A stretch of DNA of 64,000 nucleotides, from NCBI RefSeq assembly GCF_009914755.1, contig NC_060926.1. One strand, 5' to 3'. Every line of letters starts with the position of its first letter. Position 1 is the stretch's first letter. Positions 54,839 through 64,000 of this stretch are shown here, piece by piece. The position numbers and the translations under genes were made by a program. This DNA is from the human T2T-CHM13v2.0 reference genome, Homo sapiens. The notes under the pieces are model-generated. The model was given only the letters and a program-made list of their open reading frames with translations. It was not told where the DNA came from and ran no database searches.

Positions 54839-57325
54839 GAATTAGATGATGCCCTTGCAGTCTCTTCCTGCCCTAGGATGTCTTCTTCTGAGTTCTCTGG
54901 CCCTTCAGAGAAGGAGAGAGGGGAAGCTGCTTACTAAAGGCCCCATTGGCAGGCCCATAATCAGGAGCCTGGTACACTCCAAGGAGGTCACAAAGAGTGT
55001 TCCACTGATTCTGGGATGGGGGTGACATGGACCAAGTCAGACCTCAGGACGGGCCACTGCCCAGGCAGGACCTAGCTTCTGGGAGCCTATCTAGGCTGAT
55101 GGAGATCAATGAGGGGAAGGGAGGATCCAGAGGTACACAATCTTCTTCTCAGGAATTTCCTACAGGAAAAAGGGCAGCAGAGACCTGACCCTTTCCAGTG
55201 TGGGGGCTGTGACCTTGGCTGTGCCATAGGAGCCATGACAGGCCTGAGATAGAGTATGTGAGCTGGGGTATTGACAGGTCCTGTCATTGGTTTGCCAAGT
55301 ATTTTCAAGAACATATGACCTGTCACGTACAGTGGGAGGCACAGGGAATGCAAAGGTGAATAAGACCAGGGTTCTGTGAGAGTTTGCAGTGGGATATTCC
55401 AATGGGGCGAGCCATGGGATTTGCAACAGGGATTGCAGAGGAGATTGGGAAAGGATCGTAAAGGCATTTGTTAAAAGTTCCAGGAATGAGGTGTGAAGGA
55501 CGGCATGTGGTCTTTAATTAAGACCTGCAGTGGAGGCTATGATGGGATTGCCTGTTGGGGATATAATGGGATGTTTTGGGGTTGGTCCAGCAGCCGTAAA
55601 ATGGGAATATAATGGGAGTGTGTTGGTAGATATAACAAAGTATGTGTGGGGTGGGGGTCGATAGGATAATCCATTGACAGAGCAGCCTTTCCTGACAGCT
55701 CAGATGAGATCAGATTCTTCCTGTTGATATGGTCTCATAGTATCATATTTATCATCTATTACACTTCCCACAATTGAAATGAGTCCATTGTTTTGTACTT
55801 ATTTGCTTAATGTCTATCTCCTTTACTAGGCTGTAAAAGCTGTCGGGGCTGTTGCCATGGAGGGAGGCATGGGTGTTGCTCACTACTGTACCCCATTCTC
55901 CTCCCCGCCCCAACACACAGCCCAGGACTGGGCACATAGGAAGCTCTCAATCAATAATCACTCATGGAAAGAATGGATGGAGACAGGATCTAGAACTAGC
56001 TTAGCTCCATGATCATCAAGGTGGTCAAGCCCCCTCCCCAAATCCAGACCCAAATCCTGCAGGGTTGCTCAATGTCCTCAGAATAAGTAACGGTTTTGTT
56101 ATTGAATCTGGAGACTTTGGTTTCATTTGAAGGGAGGTGTTGCCATCTGGTGCCAAATTGGAGAAATACACTGAGAGAAAGTTCCTTCTGCTCCAGTTCT
56201 AGCAGCCTCCACTGACTACCCGCCCGGTGACCGTCAGCCAGCCTTCAGCCCCAGCTGCACAGAAATCAGTCCCATCTTCTCCCACTGCCTCGGGAAGTCA
56301 GGCAGCAAGAGTTCAGAAAACAGAGACCATGCAGGCCCTGTGCTGGACTACCCCTTCATCAGTCCCTCCAGTCAGCTCTCAGGTCATCATGGGCGCACCC
56401 TCACTCCTTCCTAACTTTGAACCCAAATGCTCATCCTGAAAAGCAGCAGCCCAGTGTGGGAGCAGGAGCCACAAATGAAGCTTTGATTCCACAATTAACA
56501 TATGAGAAATTTCTCATCATCCGAGATTTTATTTTGGTCAATCCAGTTGACCCGCTCTGGATGGTGGGCACTGATGGAGATTTTGGAGACAAAAGACTTG
56601 TTTCTATATCATATCCTGTCATTGGCAGATGAGTATATTCCCCAGAAGTTAACTTTTTCCTCCTCTTTCTCTCCTCTGTCCTTGCCTTGAAAGCAAACAC
56701 CGCTTGGCTCACACGACAATGGGGCCCAGACTTTTTTCAAGTCCAACATTGAAATCAAGCTTACAAAACAGAGAAAATGGAGATTTAATCTGCAATATAA
56801 AAGGATGAATTGCTTTACAATGTGAGTCACTACAGTTTCACTGATTCAACAAATATTTGTTATGCTCCTACTGTGTGCCAGGCATCTTTCTAGCCACAAG
56901 GAAATCAGCAGTGAATAAAACTCCAGCTCAAAGGGGTCTACATTCCAATGGAGCATCTCTCACCATGGAGCTCCTTATCCTGTGTCCTCTCCTGAAAGCA
57001 GGAGCAGCATCAGCACCCTCCTCACTACCTCACCTAGCAATATGCATATGACATCTTAACAAGAGGACTGAACATTGAAAGGACGGCTTCACAGGAACAC
57101 AGCTGCTCTATAAATGGAGTGTATATTTAAATTGTCTTTATATTTTATGGAACATGTTTTATTTGCATTATGTCACTTGGGTGGGGGACAGTGGCAGTGC
57201 CCCAAGGCCATCTCATAGAAGCATGCCAGCTGAGTACAAACACTGCATTCACTAAGCAAACCCAGATGCATGGCAGCTGCCTTGTTACTCCCCAGTCAGA
57301 CCCCTAACACATTTTTTTAACTTAT

Positions 57326-58076
<751 letters not shown>

Positions 58077-58420
58077 CTATCAAATTAGAAAATATATTTT
58101 TGCCTATGATACTAGTCACAACCAGAGATATTAGGAGAGATGAGCACTCCTTATGTATTGCTGCTAGCACTGAAAATTGTTAGAACTACTAAAAATCAAT
58201 CTGACAATATATTTAAAAACCTTGAAAAATATTTATACATACGGATTTAGTAGTTCTGAAGACATCTATACTACAAAATAATCTTAAAGATTTATGCACA
58301 AAGATTTTCATTTTAGCATAATTTACAATAGCAAACAAATTGAATCCACAAACATTCAACAGAGAATTATGTTATATTGGTATGATGTAAAAGTAGGCAG
58401 TCATTAATAATGATGTCACA

Positions 58421-58757
<337 letters not shown>

Positions 58758-59011
58758 TCAAAAGTAGAACGCAAAATCTTATACATAATAAATTCATATC
58801 TATTTATTTTAAAAAAAAAAAAAAAAAGGTAAAAAAAAAACTAGAAGGAAATTACCAAAACATTGAAAGTAGTTAACTGTTGCTGGCCCCTAACCCATTC
58901 TATCTGGGAATTCTGAGGTAGTCATGGCCAGGGGGTATGTCATGGGCCATGTATGAGTTGTCATGGCCAGATGCTCCAGGGTGGAGCATCTCTGGGTGTT
59001 CTTCAGCAGAA

Positions 59012-59029
59012 TGCTGCCCCCTAGCGGGC
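59012..59029 (-). promoter_or_regulatory. Strong CTCF motif
   Basis: Minus strand GCCCGCTAGGGGGCAGCA matches the CTCF core; lies in a local CpG cluster. Confidence 0.72.
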
Positions 59030-60623
59030 GGCCCACATCCTGGGCAGCTCAGGAGTCACTGGATTTCCTCGCGCTCCCGCGCCACCACTCTACTGTCACC
59101 CAGCGCGGCCCAAGTCAGCCCTGCCACCAACGCCCGCCGCGGTCGAGAAAAGGCACCCCTTAGCATTTATGGCTCTATTAATTTTCCAAAGGGTGGCCCG
59201 ATTCTTTTAATTTCACTAGAGCCCTTTCTCTTCAATGACTTTTAAAATCTTCCCCCCGGGGCAAAGTTGAAGGACATAGAATACTACCCACTCATTCCAC
59301 CTTAAAAGCATCTTCTGGAGCACCTTCAACTGGTACCCAGCATCTTGATCCTTCCCTACCTCAGGGTTAAGTGCTCCCCCACCAGAGCAGTTAATGCCAA
59401 GAGAGACTGTCCACAACGTCATTCTCCACCTTTCTCAGTCAATTGTGTCCTCACCACTGATCTCAAATTTTTGGTCACTGTTCCTCCCAGAAGACCCACA
59501 ATATTTCATCCTTGTATCCCGCAATTCTTACCATGGGTGATAACAGTCAGCTTCCCTAGGGAACACTTACTGTAAATAGGCCAGATATGTGGAAAGATCT
59601 TAAGTTATTAATACCAATAAATAAAATAAATCACAGCAAAAGAAAAATTGGTCAATTAATAAATAACTGCTGTGTTGAAACACACACATACTCACCGCCC
59701 TTTCTGTAATAAAAAACAACTAAAAACATAAAAGTGAATGTCATGTGTCTGTTTTAAGGTGACGAAGCTAATACCATTGACAGAGAAAGCACTTTAAGGA
59801 CCAAAATAGAAGGGAAGAAGCTCATCAAACAATCCCAGCTGAAGTGCTGTGGGCGAGGAACCTTCAGGTCCTGCCATGGAGGCAGGCCTCAGGCACAGAC
59901 ATTCTCATATGTGTGCGTAACAGAAAGGAGATAACTGCATTTCTCAGCACTCCTTCCAAGGAGCAGAATGAGCAATGGAAAGAACACTCCGAGAAGCTGG
60001 TTGGGCGGAGGTATGGGCAGGTGGTTGAGGCACACTGCTGAGGATAACAACAGATGCTCAAGTGACACAGGATAGGGTCCAGCTATGCTCTAAGGAGACA
60101 AGCTGTTGTTTAACTGGATGGAGGGCACATTTAGGGCCAGAGTATGACTGCTCAGAACTGTAGAGCGAGGAGGCTAAGATTACAAGGAGGAAGGCCAGGG
60201 AAGGAGGAGACACTGGGAGGAGTGCAGGAGAAAAGGGGAAAGGCCCAGGGTCTGGCAGGTAGAGACTTGAAGGAGAGCAGAAGTATCTAATGGAGATTAG
60301 CTCTTCCGCCTAGGATGTAGAAAACTGGGAAGAGCATTGTTCCAACCTTAATGACAAGAGAAAAATGGATAATCTACAAAATTCTTGACTTTTCTTGAGT
60401 CTATCAGGAGCTGAGGTTGCAATGCAACTGAACAGCCTGAAATCTAAGGAAAGATGGGAGCCTCCAGAGAGAGATGGGTGCAAGCATGAGCTCCCCTGTG
60501 GCAGAGCAAAGGAGGAAGAAACTCAAGCACCACAGAAGTGGGGTGTCAGGTCATTGAGCTACTTACAGAGAAGCTAAATGGTTGTGAGGCTTGTTTCTGT
60601 GCTTTATTGGGGTGGTTCTAGAG

Positions 60624-60856
60624 CAGTGTTCTAAATTGGGTGTGATTTTGTCCCCACCCCAACCCTGGGGATATTGTCAATTTCTGGAGATATTTTTGGT
60701 TGTCACAATTAGGAGCATGCTACTGGTATCTAATGGATAGAAGTCAGTGATGCTGTTAAACATTCTACAACGCACAGGAAAGCCCTCTACAACAAATAAT
60801 TATTCAAGCACACACACACACACAAATATAAATAGTACCAAGGTTGAGAAACCCTG
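60624..60856 (+). mobile_element. MER20 (hAT-Charlie)
   Basis: CAGTGTTCTAAA...GGTTGAGAAACCCTG termini; 8-bp TSD TTCTAGAG/ATCTAGAG. Confidence 0.85.
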
Positions 60857-60917
60857 ATCTAGAGTACCTTCGCCCAGTTAGTTTTACTCTACCTTCACCC
60901 AGGCCAGTTTTACTCTA

Positions 60918-61294
60918 TGTAATGGACTGAATGGTTGTGTCCTCCCAAAATTTACGTGTTGACATCTTAACTCCCAAAGTGATGGTGTTAGGAAGTGGGG
61001 CTTTGGGGACATAATTAGGCTATGAAGGTGGAGCCCTGATGAATGGGATTAGTGCCCTTATAAAAGGGACCCCAGAGAGCTATTTTGCTGTCTTTCTGCA
61101 ATATGAGGATACAAGAAGTTAGCTGTCTGCAGCCAGGATGGGCCCTCAGTGGAACCCAACCATGCTGACACCCTGATCTCAGACTTCCACCCTCCAGAAC
61201 TATGAGAAATAAATTTCTATTGCTTATAAGCCACAATTTCTATTGTTTATATCCCAGCTTGTGACACTTTGTTATAGCAGCCAAAACTAAGATA
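60918..61294 (+). mobile_element. MLT1A-type MaLR LTR
   Basis: tgtaatggactgaatggttgtgtcctcccaaaattt...ggattagtgcccttataaaag...ttgttatagcagcc. Confidence 0.85.
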
Positions 61295-61794
61295 TCTTAC
61301 TACTAAGATCTCTACTAAATGCTCCAAACATGCAAGAATGTCTCTCCACACTCCACTCTGGCTAGTTGAAACTTGCACATCTTCCAATCTGATGAGATGT
61401 GAGCTCTGGAAATTGTTCACCTTATGGCTTCCCGGTAGCTGTGTTGCTAAAAGCTGTTCACCTGGCTTAGCGGAGTCTTATCCCACACACGCACAGCTTA
61501 CTGTTTTGCCAAAATTCAAGGAAACCCCATGCAGATTGCTGGAGCTCCTTCTCTGCATACCTCCCTTCTCTCCAGTACTCTGTCCACAAATTCCAGCTGC
61601 CTCAGCCTAGCGGACTTCCAATCTCAACACATCAACTAAATGAGGACTCCCAACTCTGTTAGGTTCCCCTCTCCTGTGCTTGCTCTGAAAAGTGCCTCCA
61701 GGCAGAAAGCCTGAGTGATCAAAGGGTTCTCCACGCGTCTCTCCCATTTCTGCATATCTTACAAGCCAAGGCACTAACCACCTCTGTTCCTATC

Positions 61795-62269
61795 TTTTCA
61801 AGAATGTTTGTACAGTAAACAGCTGTGAAAGATAGAGATTATGTCTCCCTGTGGAGGAAAGGGTAGGTTTGTGTATTGTCCACTGCTAGAAAGATATTGT
61901 CTTCCCCCAGGACAAAGTTCAAGTAGGCAAAGTGCCCATTTTGAATGCTCGTGGTTCCCTAAGCTCAGGGTTCCTCTTCTGTAATGCAGCCCTCTACATG
62001 GGCACATGCTACTCAGACTTCTTCATTACTCACAGAAACAGCAGTGGCCAAAGTACAAACATTTGCCCTGGTTCTTTGAGTCTCAGGAAGTTGCACAGGA
62101 ACCAGGGCAAATGTTTGTACTCCGGCCGCTGCTGATGCTGTGAATAATAAAGCCCTTTGTCTCTGACCTAGAAGTCTTTTGTCTTCTGCCAGCATCCGTG
62201 AAATGGTAGCAAGCTAACTTGTTAACTTACAAATACAGTAAATTTCAGACTCCTTCACAATTCTTGACA
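61795..62269 (+). mobile_element. ERVL-class LTR (MER76/MER70-like; family uncertain)
   Basis: aataaagccctttgtctctgacctagaagtc...cttcacaattcttgaca end. Confidence 0.55.
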
Positions 62270-62706
62270 TACCTACTATGTGTGAGGCTCTGATTGTAAG
62301 AGGGGTACCCTACAAAACATAGATTATAAACTGCTCTTCTGCAGACAACAATCTAGTATGAGATAAAGATTTTAAAAGACAAACATATCATTTTTAAGTG
62401 GCAGCAAGTATCAAGAAAGAAATTAGGAAATTGCAACAGAGAATGACATGGGGGACAATTTTAGATTAAGTAGTTAGAGGAGGCTTCTCTGGACAGGAGA
62501 CACTTAAACTGAGTCTTAGAGATAAGAACAAGCAGACCTATGGCAAGCAAAGGCAAGAGCCTCCCAGGCAGAAGGAATCACATCTACAAAGGTTCAGAAG
62601 CAGCAAAGAGTTTGGCACATTTTGAGGAATTAAGAAATCAATATGATTAAAGCATAGTGACCATGTGGGTGCTAGGTAAGCATGGAGTTAATAGGCAAGG
62701 TCTAAA

Positions 62707-62886
62707 TCAGGGACCTCAATCCTGGCTGTACTTTAGAATCTACCAAGGAATATATCAAAAATATCAGTGCCCCAGGTCCATCCGAGAGCAATTAAATCAG
62801 AATGTTTAGGTGTGAAACTCAACCTCTGATAATCTTTGAAATAGTCCTAGGTGATTCTAATATGCAGCAAGGGTTGAAGACCACGG
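62707..62886. mobile_element. MER5-family DNA transposon
   Basis: caattaaatcagaat...cctaggtgattctaatatgcagcaagggttgaagaccac. Confidence 0.7.
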
Positions 62887-62971
62887 ATCTTGAGGCTGCC
62901 AGAGCCTCGTAGGAGTCTGAGTTTTATTGAGGAGTTCAGATTTGAGTTAAAGTGTAATAAAAAGCCATTGA

Positions 62972-63283
<312 letters not shown>

Positions 63284-64000
63284 TTAAGCACAGAAGAGAT
63301 ACCATGTTTTAAAAGGATCTCTCTTGGCTGCTGTGAGAAGGATGGATTGGAGGAGTTCTGTGGTGGAAGCAAAGAGATGAGCTGGGAAGTTAATCAACTT
63401 GTCTAGACAACAGGTGAAAATGGAGGCTTGGACTAGGGTGTGGCTATAAGAAGAATACTAGGAAACATGATTGGATGAGTAGAGCGGAGCCAGATCACAA
63501 ATACTCTACAATATCAGATTGAGGAAATTAGGCTTTGTCCTGCGGGTATCAGGAGAAGTGGGATATTTAAGTATCACGAGTTGGGATTACATCCAGATGC
63601 AAGTCATAGAAAACAACTTGCAGTGGCTTAAACAAAGGTTTATTTTTCTTACATAAACAAGGAATCTAGAAGTAGTATCATTTGTTCAGTTGCTCAAGGT
63701 CAAGAGCAGCATCTTGGTTATTCCCTGATGGTTGCAAAATGGCTGCTGCAGCTCCTCTGTAAACAAATTCATGGCAGTAAGGAAGGAGAACAGGTGGCAC
63801 CAGCCACCTCATCAGATTGGAAGATATACAAGTTTCTTTTAACAGGCATTGGCACATGTTTCTAGAGACCACATCCACCATTTTCACTGGTTGTAACTAT
63901 GACTCCCTTTCCTAAAGGGAGAGCAGACAAGAAAAGATTTAGCTTTTTCTAGACACTATCATGCAGGGCAGCAAAAACTGCTAGAATTCTGAGCTGATGA

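Overview
Primate, almost certainly human, genomic DNA. It contains one complete protein-coding gene, PKDCC (VLK, the secreted/Golgi-luminal tyrosine kinase; human 2p21 from recall), on the + strand. The seven coding exons (17697-18335, 22736-22858, 23533-23804, 24438-24517, 24783-24890, 26718-26891, 27100-27185) all have GT-AG introns and join to 1482 nt = 493 aa + stop. The gene has a TATA-containing CpG-island promoter and clustered poly(A) signals at about 27973-27996. The rest is intergenic: about 25 Alu copies or monomers, a 5'-truncated L1PA, a MER41B solo LTR, older LTRs, DNA transposons (MER5, MER20, MER45A, MER47A), MIR/L2/L1M relics and a readable ancient CR1/L3 reverse-transcriptase fragment. 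I see no new multi-gene system; nearly all other ORFs in the track are repeat- or GC-derived noise. The best leads are regulatory. (1) An in-frame uORF is separated from the PKDCC ORF by a single TGA. (2) The last intron is stop-free, so retention would give an NMD-escaping alternative C-terminus. (3) Several candidate skeletal/limb enhancers surround the gene: MEIS+PBX-HOX, posterior-HOX/SOX9/FOX clusters, and a perfect GLI site inside an 8-E-box cluster. (4) The MER41B retains an intact STAT1 GAS site. (5) A CCGTTATCC motif occurs three times with near-regular spacing in the promoter. Repeat subfamily names come from recalled consensus sequences and repeat boundaries are approximate unless a TSD is given.
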